DNA of 64,000 nucleotides from Octopus vulgaris (lineage: Eukaryota), in NCBI GenBank assembly GCA_951406725.2, contig OX597834.1, forward strand, positions 31,620,001 to 31,684,000, given 5' to 3'. The notes beneath the pieces were generated by a model. That model worked only from the letters and a program-made list of their open reading frames with translations. It did not search any database and was not told the DNA's origin. The translations under genes were made by a program, and so were the position numbers. Of the stretch, positions 53,334 through 64,000 are shown one piece after another. Positions within the stretch are counted from its first letter, which is position 1. The number at the start of each line of letters is the position of its first letter.

Positions 53334-53683
53334 TATATATATATATATATATATCAACAATGCAGGCATGCATATGCATTTTTTTTTATTTTTCATCCTT
53401 GGTATATTAAAAATTTAATTAACTTATTAATGAGATGTAATTATTTAGAAGAATATGTTTTTGTTTATATTCGTATGGAATATATTGCATTGTGAAAGAT
53501 GGAAAAATATGGACTGAGAGGAAGATGAGACAGAGGGCAAGAGGGATAGAGAGAGGGGGAGGGAGGGAGTGAATGTGTGTGTGTGTGTGTGTATGTGTGA
53601 GTGTGTAGATGTATGAATTGGTGTTGGTGGGAGTAATTGTGTGTGTGAATATCTGAGTATGGATGTGTGTGTATGTGTGCATG

Positions 53684-53719
<36 letters not shown>

Positions 53720-53771
53720 TATATAGAGAGAGATATGTAGATAGATAGATTGATAGATAGATAGGTAGATC

Positions 53772-53838
<67 letters not shown>

Positions 53839-54308
53839 GGATTGATGGATAAATGGATTGGTGGATGGATAGATAGAGATATATATACATGTGTGTGTAC
53901 ATACACATGTGTATACATCATCATCATCATCATCATCATCATTACCATTGCTCCTATATCTGTTTTTCCATGCCTTCTTCTTTGATCTCATGCCATGGGT
54001 TCAAAAAAATTTATTGATGCAGTAACTGGTGTCTGGATCCTCTTCCTATCACCACAATTATTTTTCCAGAAGATATGTATCTGTATGTGAGTATGTTTAT
54101 CTACTAATGTGAATGTGTGTATATAAATATGTATGTATGTATGTACACAGACATGACAGAAGTAAATAGACACCCTTATAATCATTAAAATTTAATTTAA
54201 ATCTGAAATTATTCATTCAAATTATTTATTAATTGTTATAATGTGAATATTTAATATTTAGTAGATATGCCCCCTTGCCTTTTCAATACAAGGACCCTAT
54301 TAGGCATG

Positions 54309-55797
54309 CTACTGATCAGATGATGAATATTCTCTTGAGGAATTTCTTTCCAAGTTCCATGCAATTAATCTCAAGAGATCTGGCTTTGAAGATGCTTTCT
54401 TGTTCTTTATATGAATTGTCCTGTCCATTATATCCCAGAAGTATTCAGTAGGGTTCATATCTGGTGACTGGTTTGACCATGGAAGCTTTTTGATGTCATT
54501 CTCATCCAACAAGTCTTGGATCATTTTAGCTGTATGATTAGGAGTCCTTTCTTCCATAAATAAAGAGCCTTCTTTAATCATTTCATCACTGGAGAAGATT
54601 GGAAGGAGTCCTTTCTGCAATATGGACACATCTTTATCTGAGTTTATGTTTCCCTGACACTCCACCAGCTCTGATCAACCATTGCTCCAAATTTCTCTCC
54701 AAACCATCACAGAATAGTTGCCATGTTTCATTGTTGACTGCAATCTTTTCACATCAAATTCTTGATCACAAAGTCTCCAGACCCACACTCAACCACTGTC
54801 TAGAAACACAGCAAATCTGGACTCATCAGAGAATATGACAGTGTTCCAAAATGCTAGTGGCCTCTCCACCATCTCACTGGCCCAATCTTTTCTCCACTTG
54901 ATATTGGCTGCTCAATGAAGTGGCTTCCTTCTTGCTGCTCTGCCATCATCACCAAGTTTGTGGGGATACCTGACAGCTGTTCTGGAACTAACATCAACTT
55001 GTTCTGCTATGTTAGAGACCTTGCAATGAGGATTATCCTCCACACTTCACTTAACAAAGAGAAGGGTCCTGTCAGAGGGCCCCGGTTGATTTGGGTGAGG
55101 TGATGTGGACTCCTCTTCCTCTTTGGTGAATTGCACCATCACTCTATTAACTGTAGAAAGCGGGGTCTCAAGGTTATCTGCAATTTTACGCTAAGTCCAC
55201 CTTCAGAATAACCCGCAATACAGCCTCAAGGTTATCTGCAATTTTACGCTAAGTCCACCTTCAGAATAACCCGCAATACAGCCTCAAGGTTATCTGCAAT
55301 TTTACGCTAAGTCCACCTTCAGAATAACCCGCAATACAGCCTCAAGGTTATCTGCAATTTTACGCTAAGTCCACCTTCAGAATGACCCGCAATACAGCCT
55401 CAAGGTTATCTGCAATTTTACGCTAAGTCCACCTTCAGAATAAGAATAACCCGCAATACAGCCTCAAGGTTATCTGCAATTTTACGCTAAGTCCACCTTC
55501 AGAATAACCCGCAATACAGCCTCAAGGTTATCTGCAATTTTACGCTAAGTCCACCTTCAGAATAACCCGCAATACAGCCTCAAGGTTATCTGCAATTTTA
55601 CGCTAAGTCCACCTTCAGAATAACCCGCAATACAGCCTCACGGTTATCTGCAATTTTACGCTAAGTCCACCTTCAGAATACCCGCAATACAGCCTCAAGG
55701 TTATCTGCAATTTTACGCTAAGTCCACCTTCAGAATGACCCGCAATACAGCCTTTTTGAAATTCAGACAGTACCAAGGCTTCATTTGTACATGGCAT
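54309..55797 (-). pseudogene. Tc1 (DD34E-type) transposase pseudogene
   Basis: MP...[26 protein letters not shown] (HTH), [57 protein letters not shown]; several stops, frameshifts and a tandem array. Confidence 0.92.
55167..55751. repeat. 58-bp tandem array, 10 copies, inside the Tc1 transposase 5' region
   Basis: Unit CTCAAGGTTATCTGCAATTTTACGCTAAGTCCACCTTCAGAATAACCCGCAATACAGC at 55167, 55225, 55283, 55341, 55399 (+6 bp), 55463, 55521, 55579, 55637 (-1 bp) and 55694. Confidence 0.98.
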
Positions 55798-55967
55798 GAT
55801 TAAGCAGTCATATATAGAACCTGAAACATAAAAATGTCAATTAATAAAAAAAATGTAAACCATTACAAGTTAAAATAAACATAAAACAATGTTTTATGGG
55901 GTGTCTATTTACTTCTGTCATGCCTGTGTATGTATGTACATGTGTGTGTGTGTATATATATATACAC

Positions 55968-56152
55968 TTTTCTGGGAAGAGGGCCAGTCGATTAGATCAA
56001 CTCGAGTACGCAACTGGTATTTAATTTATTGACCCTGAAAGGATGAAAGACAACAAAGGTGACGTTGGTGGAATTTGAACTCAGAATGTAAAGACAGACG
56101 AAATTCTGCTAAGCATTTCACCCGGCATGCTAACATTTCTGCCAGCTCACCC
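55968..56152 (-). mobile_element. SINE family B
   Basis: GACCCTGAAAGGATGAAAG...GGAATTTGAACTCAGAATG...TTCTGCCAGCTCACC. Confidence 0.85.
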
Positions 56153-56272
56153 TTTTTTGACAATTGGCAGCAGTGATATACATACATACATACATACATA
56201 CATACATACAAACATGCATACATACATGCATGCATACATACATACATACATACATACAGATAGATAGGAAGC

Positions 56273-56326
<54 letters not shown>

Positions 56327-56386
56327 TAGATATGTACATATGTAAGTATGTATTTTTATATACCTATGTGTAGACATACATAGATC

Positions 56387-56423
<37 letters not shown>

Positions 56424-56809
56424 ATGTATATATATAAGCACAAATATATACACAGAAATACATCTGTCTCTCGATAAATATATGTGTGTGTGGATATTTA
56501 TATTTATATATACAGGTGGGGTTCTGAAACAGGTATGAATTTTTTATTAGATATGAAATTACATTTGCATCCTGATGTATTCGCATATGTAATGCATTTA
56601 TCCACACAGGCATATTTCTATAAGAACAAAATCATATGAACTCACACAATGTATAAATGTATATATACACTTATATGCATGTATGTATGTGTCTCTGTGA
56701 TGGTAATCTGAGAAAGACTGTTCTATAATTTCTTGCTGAGTAACCTGCTCAAATGCCTTGTTTATTGTGATTGAATGTATGTGCCACACATAGGTTCATT
56801 CCTTCCATC

Positions 56810-56986
56810 AAATTGACGTTGCCTCCACAGGTACACAATTGTGCCACCTGTCAGGTGTCAAAATGATTGCAGAGCAATGTGCGATAAAGTGTTTTGCTGA
56901 AGAACACAAAGCATCGCCCGATCCAGGAAATGAAACTACAATCTCACTGTGATGGCTACAACAGCCTAACCACTAGGCTATCTGCT
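56810..56986 (-). mobile_element. CORE-type SINE head, diverged
   Basis: - strand TAGCCTAGTGGTTAGG...TGTGTTCTTCAGCAAAACACTTTATC, related to 36305-36410. Confidence 0.65.
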
Positions 56987-57014
56987 TTCACACACACACA
57001 TATGTGTGTGTGTA

Positions 57015-57054
<40 letters not shown>

Positions 57055-57056
<2 letters not shown>

Positions 57057-57215
57057 GTTGGAATTTACAAAAAAAACAAAACAAAAGACAAAGACGGGTG
57101 TGTAAACAACAAACGAATGTACTAGTTTAATGCTTGGGAAGTGAGAAAGTCTTTTATGCTTCGAGCCTAGATTCTTCAGCAGAAAGGAACATGAGAAAAT
57201 AAACAGAGTGAGAAA

Positions 57216-57218
<3 letters not shown>
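57055..57218 (-). mobile_element. Short (TA)n-flanked element of the 48515 family, with a degenerate hammerhead-like motif
   Basis: - strand CTTT-CTGCTGA-A-GAAT-ctag-GCTC-GAAG-CA-TA-AAAG (57186-57151), then ACTTTCTCACTTCCCAAGCATTAAACTAGTACATTCGTTTGTTGTTTACAC. Confidence 0.65.
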
Positions 57219-57258
<40 letters not shown>

Positions 57259-57790
57259 TATATATATATATATATATGCATATATTTATATATACATATA
57301 TATATATATATATCTACATACATACATACGTACATACATATATATAAAGAGAGAGAGGGAGAGGAGTGGGTGTATGCTCACACATACACACATACATAGA
57401 TACACACACACACAGGCATGTGCACATACATACACGCACACACACACACACAAGTACATGTGTATAAATTCTGTTAACCAAGATCTCAAGCATTTGCTTT
57501 CGGACTGTGTTAGTGGCCATGTTGCAGTTGTGTGCCCTAAATTTCAACACGGAACACAATATATTTAAATGGGAAGTGAATTTGTGTTCAATTTAAAGTG
57601 TTTAAATACTTTGGCTCTTCCATGATGTAGTCGCTAAAAATGCACACGTGCGTGCATGCGTGCGTTTACATCAATAAATAGCTAGCTAGATAGACTGACA
57701 GGCAGACAGATAGAGAGACAGACAGACAAACAAACAGACAGATGGATGAATGAATGGCTACAGATACATACATACATATATATATATAGA

Positions 57791-58192
57791 GACGCATGAG
57801 TGGCTGTGTGGTAAGTAGCTTGCTTACCAACCACATGGTTCCGGGTTCAGTCCCACTGCGTGGCATCTTGGGCAAGTGTCTTCTACTATAGCCTCAGGCC
57901 TATAATGCCTTGTGAGTGGATTTGGTAGACGGAAACTGAAAGAAGCCTGTCGTATATATGTATATATATATATGTGTATGTATGTTTGTGTCTGTGTTTG
58001 TCCCCCTAGCATTGCTTGACAACCGATGTTGGTGTGTTTACGTCCTCGTCACTTAGCAGTTCAGCAAAAGAGACCAATAGAATAAGTACTGGGCTTATAA
58101 AGAATAAGTCCCGGGGTCGATTTGCTCGACTAAAGGTGGTGCTCCAGCATGGCCGCAGTCAAATGACTGAATCAAGTAAAAGAGTAAAAGAG
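57791..58192 (+). mobile_element. SINE family A, full length
   Basis: Closely similar to 43324-43737 throughout. Confidence 0.93.
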
Positions 58193-58819
58193 TATATGCA
58201 TACATTCCTGATGTACACACATATACACATGTGTATACATCTTTGCATTTAGAGGCTTTTCTTGTGTGTAAGTATGTGCACTTGCATCTGCATCTGTTTA
58301 TATTTATGCATTCATCTGTGTGTATGTTTGAATCTATCTGAGGAACATTTATATTTATATAAATGCTTTTCTGCCTGTGTGTTTGTTTGTATGTATATAT
58401 ATATATATATATAAATATGCATACATATAAATATACATATGTGTGTGTGTGTATTTGTGTGTGTGTGTTTGTGTGTGTGTATGTATATATACATATGCTT
58501 ATATATATATATATATAAATATGTATATATGTATTTATACATAAATATGTTTGTGTGTATATATATGTATATATATACACACATATATATATACATATAT
58601 ATATATGTGTGTGTGTGTATATATATATACACATACACATATATACATATATAAATGTCTATATATATGTATGTATATATATATATATATTTATACATAA
58701 ATATGTTTGTGTGTATATATATGTATATATATACACACACATATATATAAACATATATATGTGTGTGTGTGTGTATATATATATACATACACATGTATAC
58801 ATACATAAATGTATATATG

Positions 58820-58861
<42 letters not shown>

Positions 58862-59341
58862 CACACATATATGTGTGTGTGTGTGTATGTATGCATGTAT
58901 AAAAATTAACTATTTGTGTATGTATGTGCTCATATATACATATATATATATATGTATGCGTGCATGTGTGTGTGTGTGTGTATTTGTACATGTATACGTG
59001 CATGTGTGTGTGTCTGTGTGTCCCCTATTATATTGTTCAAACACTGTCACACTTGACTGAATTGACTCACTGTGATAACTTTGGTTGACAGCTCCACTGA
59101 TGCAGCAGAAACGTCTCTGTAGACCTCATGTGGATGGTGCTGAAATAGCAACCTGCACCAACACCGTCTGCATGTGACACTACCAGAGAAAGATAGAATT
59201 TACAGCGCCAGATACTCACTTCACCATTAATAAATATTCCTGTACCATCGAATATACGCGGTCGGTGAAAATAGCAACACTAATACCACAGATATATGTT
59301 TATATATATATATATATACATACATATGTATACATACATAC

Positions 59342-59536
<195 letters not shown>

Positions 59537-59549
59537 TGTATATATAAAC

Positions 59550-59581
<32 letters not shown>

Positions 59582-59627
59582 GTATATATATATGTATGTA
59601 TATATATGTATATATATACACATGTAT

Positions 59628-59686
<59 letters not shown>

Positions 59687-59841
59687 GATAGATAGATAGA
59701 TAGACATACATGCATATACATACACATACATACACACAGACTTACACACATACATATATATATATCAACAGCAGCATATATATATATACACATGTGAATG
59801 CATGTGTGAGTATACGTGTGTGTATCTGTATGCATATATAT

Positions 59842-59903
<62 letters not shown>

Positions 59904-59912
59904 AATTGTATT

Positions 59913-60090
59913 GTCGTCATCATCATTCTTACATCCTGCTTTCCATGCTGGTACAAATTTGATGGTCAGGAAAGATTGTTCAGTTTGCAGAACCACATCC
60001 TGTTCCAGAGTTTCAGTTTCAGCTTTGTTTCTACAGACGGGATGCTCTTCCTGAAGCCAACCACTTCACAATGTGTGCTGGAGGCATTTA
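59913..60090 (-). mobile_element. Old, diverged RTE-type 3' end
   Basis: CATCATCATTCTTACATCCTGCTTTCCATGCTGG...GGATGCTCTTCCTGAAGCCAACCAC. Confidence 0.6.
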
Positions 60091-60808
60091 AAAAAATTTT
60101 TTTTTGTCCTTAATCTACCTGGCATACATTTAGCCTTGCAAAACCACAATTTAAGTTAATGCACGGTGAGATGAGTAGGAACAGGTTTGTTGTGGGGCTG
60201 ATTTATTGTTAGTTCATATTTTACAAGGGTGAGTGTAGTATGCGGAAAGATGTCACAAGATGAGGCCATGGTGGTGATGACGAGGTGTCGGAATGTAGCT
60301 TGGAGGTATCATGTGCAAGAAGATGAACAGAAGAGAGCATGGAGATAAGAAAATCGGATAGCAAGGTTGAAAGAATGTGATGGGAGATTAGAAATGGATA
60401 TAAACATGAGGGGAAGAATTGTAAACAGAGGTAAGGATATTGATAATAAGAATGAGGGATGCATTTCAATTGGGGGTAGCTGAGAGAAGAGGAGGTGATG
60501 ACTGGTAGTACAGAAATGGTGATGTGAAATGGTTGGTGGTCAGAGGTAGTAATTTTATTACTAACAGCAGAATAATACAGTAGATAGGAGAGTGATGGAG
60601 GGTAAGTGATAGGGAGATGACAGATAGGGGTTTGAAGTTTGACAGTGTGTGTCAGAGAATACATCTATCTATCTATATGTGTGTTTGTATGCATGTCTGT
60701 TCATGTGCATGTATGTATATATGCGTATCTTTGTACTTTATTTATTTAGCTTTACAGCTAAATAAAATGATAACTATGTATCTAGTCTTTTATCTATCTG
60801 CCTATCTA

Positions 60809-60841
<33 letters not shown>

Positions 60842-60913
60842 TTATCTATCTATCTATCTATCTATCTATCTGCCTATATATCTATCTGTCTGTCTGTCTA
60901 TCTATCTATCTGC

Positions 60914-60969
<56 letters not shown>

Positions 60970-60972
60970 TCA

Positions 60973-61007
<35 letters not shown>

Positions 61008-61142
61008 ATTGACTTGTCTGTTTACTACTTATGTATTTATATCTATATTATCTGTCTTTCTATATGTATACATTTATATATACATATACATACATATACG
61101 ATCACAGGCGTTAAACGGTGATGATGATGATATATGTGTGTA

Positions 61143-61184
<42 letters not shown>

Positions 61185-61272
61185 CACACATACACATACA
61201 TATTTATATATTATATGAATATTTACGTAAATGTATGTGTGTGTTTGTATAGATACTGATATACTTATGCTT

Positions 61273-61304
<32 letters not shown>

Positions 61305-61625
61305 CTGTGTGTGTGTGTGTTTGTGTGTATACATACACATATACATAGCGAAATCAGATAAGCTGATATATATTCATATGAAGCCTTCTATTCACTTCTG
61401 ACCACTTGATCCATCTCTTTACCTATCCATCTACCTGTCCGTCCGTCCGTCCGTCCGTCCCTCCATCCATCCATCCATCCATCCATACAACAACAACTTC
61501 TTCACAATATCAACTACATTTTAACATTTGCTACAAAAGAAGGCCACACACTTACTAACCTCCCCGCCGCCGCCGCCACCAGCTCCGCTCCTCTGTCCAC
61601 CAACTCTTGTCATCTCTATGTCATC

Positions 61626-61639
61626 GTTGTCATGGAGAC
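61626..61639. promoter_or_regulatory. Candidate RFX X-box
   Basis: GTTGTCATGGAGAC; its reverse complement GTCTCCATGACAAC fits the GTHNYY-AT-RRNAAC consensus and lies in unique sequence beside a (CCG)n patch. Motif match only. Confidence 0.4.
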
Positions 61640-61724
61640 ATCCAACTTTGTGCAGTTTGCACAAAAACTTAAATAGCTTCTTTTATTTATTGCAAAGATT
61701 CCATCTCTGGCTTAACTACAGCTG

Positions 61725-62142
61725 CTTCTTCTTTTACTTCTTTTTCTTCTTCCCTTCATCATTCGATCTTATTTCTTTAGACTCTTCTAATTCTTCTTCT
61801 TCTTTGTTTTCCTTCTTTATATTAATTTCTTCTTCTTCTTCTTCTTTTTCTTTGTTTTTCTCATTTTTCTTAATTTCTTCTTCTTCTTCTTCTTCTTCTT
61901 CTTCTTCTTTTTCTTTGTTTTTCTCATTTTTCTTAATTTCTTCTTCTTCTTCTTCTTCTTCTTTGTTTTTTTTCTTTTTCTTAGTTTCTTTATATTCTTC
62001 TTCATCTTCTTTTTCTCCTTCTTCTTCTTTGTTTTTCTTCTTTTTCTTAGTTTCTTTATATTCTTCTTCGTCTTCTGTTTCTCCTTCTCCTTCTTCTCCT
62101 TCTTCTCCTTCTTCTTCTTCATCTCTTCCTCCTCCTCTTCTT
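61725..62142. repeat. Degenerate (TTC)n tract with internal tandem duplications
   Basis: Repeated blocks TTAATTTC(TTC)n...TCTTTGTTTTTCTCATTTTTC and TTAGTTTCTTTATATTCTTC. Confidence 0.88.
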
Positions 62143-62408
62143 TTGTTAAGGTATTGGATGAGTTGGTTATCATTGAATGAGTGCAGTCATGTGATCTGTC
62201 TCATCACACTTTTGATATTCTGCTAATGCTGCCACCTGTTTCTATTTTTTTGTGAATTTGTCCTGTAACTCACAGGTGGGAGACAACCCAACATTGATTT
62301 GGTTATGCAAACTTTTCTGGTCATACAAAACTTAACAGATTGTTTGGATGAATGGGAGCTCTCTAGAAAACATGTTCTTCATTAATGGTTGAGAGGAATC
62401 ATATATAA

Positions 62409-62722
62409 CTTTCTGTTAAATATCACCAGTTGTTTCAGCATCCGGAATTTCTCAGTGAAACATAGTCTACAGTTTCATGTAACTCTACTATGTGAGTTGT
62501 TCAATCTACAGCATTGCAGTTGCAAAGTAAAGTTCAGCTCCATGGTTTCTTAGTTTCCAAATGAAGTGGGATAAAAGTAATAACGATTTTTTTATCATTT
62601 TATCTGAATGTTTGTAAATGTTGGTTATATCAGATTTTAAAGACATTTGCGGGGAGTCAAGTATAATTCTTCTCATTACCATCTGTGAACATTTTACCTG
62701 CCCTCTCTCTATATATTACTGT
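62409..62722 (-). pseudogene. Second decayed Penelope-like GIY-YIG endonuclease remnant
   Basis: - strand with shifts reads TVIYR...NYT*LPANVFKI*YNQHLQTFR*NDKK/LSHFIWKLRNHG.../CRLCFTEKFRMLK...FNRK. Confidence 0.72.
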
Positions 62723-62836
62723 CTCCTAACACACACACTTATACACAAGGCACATACATCCATGCATCTGCCTATATATGTGTATATGGTATGTATACAC
62801 ACACATATACACATTGTTTTACACTTAGTCGCTTAA

Positions 62837-63002
62837 CCCTTTAGCATTCAGATTACTCTGTCAAATGTAATTCTTATTCATTCACATTTTTTAATATTCA
62901 TCTAATATTACCTTGTGCTTTTGAGGGTCAGATCTGGCCACTTCAAACATATAGTGGATGGAATATTAGGGCCAGACATGGCTGGTTTAAAATGTTAAAG
63001 GG
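62837..63002. mobile_element. piggyBac-type MITE, different family
   Basis: TTAA|CCCTTTAGCATT ... AATGTTAAAGGG|TTAT; 12-bp TIR with 1 mismatch, right TSD mutated. Confidence 0.8.
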
Positions 63003-63538
63003 TTATGTCAATAGACCGTGGGCATGCTAAGGCACTGCCTAGAAAATTATTTCAGCCTTATACCAGGTATAGAATATACATTTACCTATTATTTAAACAT
63101 TATAATTTACTCAATATTTAAACATAACCGGAAACATTCTTCTTTGCAAAAATAGTTGCAAATGTTGTATACTGCTTGCTAAACTTCTTTTGTTTATTGT
63201 TTACTCTTAACTAAATATGGTGGTTCAAACAAAACATAGCAATAAAACTGGCTGGTTTAAAGAATTGTGAGGTGGGAATGGTGGGTATGAAGAACTAAGG
63301 AATATGGTGAAAGCAAAGGATGGGCATTTTGGATTCTAAATATATGTAAAATGTTGCTAATAAAATAAACAATCGACCTGCAAACTTGCATTAACCAAAA
63401 CCTGAAACTTTTTATTTTATAATAAAATGAATAATCGGTGAAAATATATGCTGCACCTAGTGTGTGTGTGTGTGTGTGTGCATTTGTGTAAATATATATA
63501 TAGATAGATGGATATACAGATAGATATTCATAAGTATA

Positions 63539-63879
63539 GATGCATGAGTGGCTGTGTGGTAACTAGCTTGCTTCCCAACCACATGGTTCCAGGTTCAGTT
63601 CCACTACTTGGCATCTTGGACGAGTGCTTTTTACTATAGTCTCAAGCCGACCAAAGCCTTGTGAGCGAATTTGGTAGATGGAAACTGAAAGAAGTCCGTC
63701 ATATATGTGTGTGTGTGTGCGTCCCCCCCCCCCATCATTCATCAAAAAATACCTATAAAGTAAGTACTAGGCTTACAAAGAATAAGTCCTGGAGTCAATT
63801 TATTCAACTAAAAGGCAGTGCTCCAGCATGGCCGCAGTCAAATGACAGAAACATGTAAAAGAATAAAATAGTAAAAGGA
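63539..63879 (+). mobile_element. SINE family A with an internal deletion
   Basis: Head and tail colinear with 57791-58192. Confidence 0.9.
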
Positions 63880-63892
63880 TATATATATATGA

Positions 63893-64000
63893 TGGGCTTC
63901 CATGCAGTTTCTTTCTGCCAAGTTCTCTCACAAGACATTGGTTAGCCAGGGACTAATGCAGAAGACACTTGCTCAAGGTGTTCCACAGTAGGACTGAACC
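63893..64000 (-). mobile_element. SINE family A head half, running off the window
   Basis: GAAGACACTTGCTCAAGGTG...GGACTGAACC. Confidence 0.75.

Larger units (their letters stand above)
54146..55928 (-). mobile_element. Full-length inactive Tc1-family DNA transposon
   Basis: 30-bp TIRs at 54146-54175 and 55899-55928 (CACAGRCATGACAGAAGTAAATAGACACCC, 1 mismatch); TA target duplication at 54144-54145 and 55929-55930. Confidence 0.95.

Noticed and set aside
55167-55751. Regular array resembling CRISPR
   Set aside because: Head-to-tail identical units with no unique spacers, derived from a transposase ORF, with no cas genes and in a eukaryotic context.
56512-56650. TA|CAGGTG start resembling a Tc1 end
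   Set aside because: No partner TIR or transposase similarity found.
58530-58800. About 155-bp tandem duplication within (TA)/(TG) sequence
   Set aside because: Ordinary slippage or unequal exchange in low-complexity DNA, with no unique content.
59097-59115. CTGATGCAGCAGAAACGTC, hammerhead-like
   Set aside because: Core ends in C rather than A, there is no real stem II, and the flanks cannot form stem I.
61734-62186. Long Glu/Lys-rich open frame on the - strand
   Set aside because: Degenerate (GAA)n with local duplications; no start codon or credible splice acceptor in that frame.

Overview
Eukaryotic, AT-rich, extremely microsatellite-dense non-coding DNA. The tRNA-derived SINE families, (GAT)n-tailed RTE LINE ends, Dong/R4 remnants and TTAA-flanked MITEs point to a coleoid cephalopod, most likely Octopus (inference from recalled repeat families, not from a database search). 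I recognise no host protein-coding gene, rRNA, genuine tRNA or CRISPR array. Almost all ORFs in the track are translations of (TA)n, (CA)n, (TATG)n, (TAA)n or (CAT/CAC)n tracts. The only recognisable protein-coding sequence is transposon-derived: an RTE LINE C-terminus (11.5-12.0 kb), a Dong/R4 endonuclease end (42.4-42.7 kb), two Penelope-like GIY-YIG remnants (27.5-27.9 and 62.4-62.7 kb), a DD37D/maT remnant (50.1-50.8 kb) and a full-length dead Tc1 (54.1-55.9 kb) carrying a 10-copy 58-bp tandem array. The most interesting signal is a set of short (TA)n-embedded elements with hammerhead-ribozyme-like folds (six sites), alongside long inverted repeats, consistent with Penelope-like pseudo-LTRs. 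Short unique islands with developmental transcription-factor motifs suggest a large intron or gene desert. Boundaries of degenerate repeats are approximate (about +/-10 bp).
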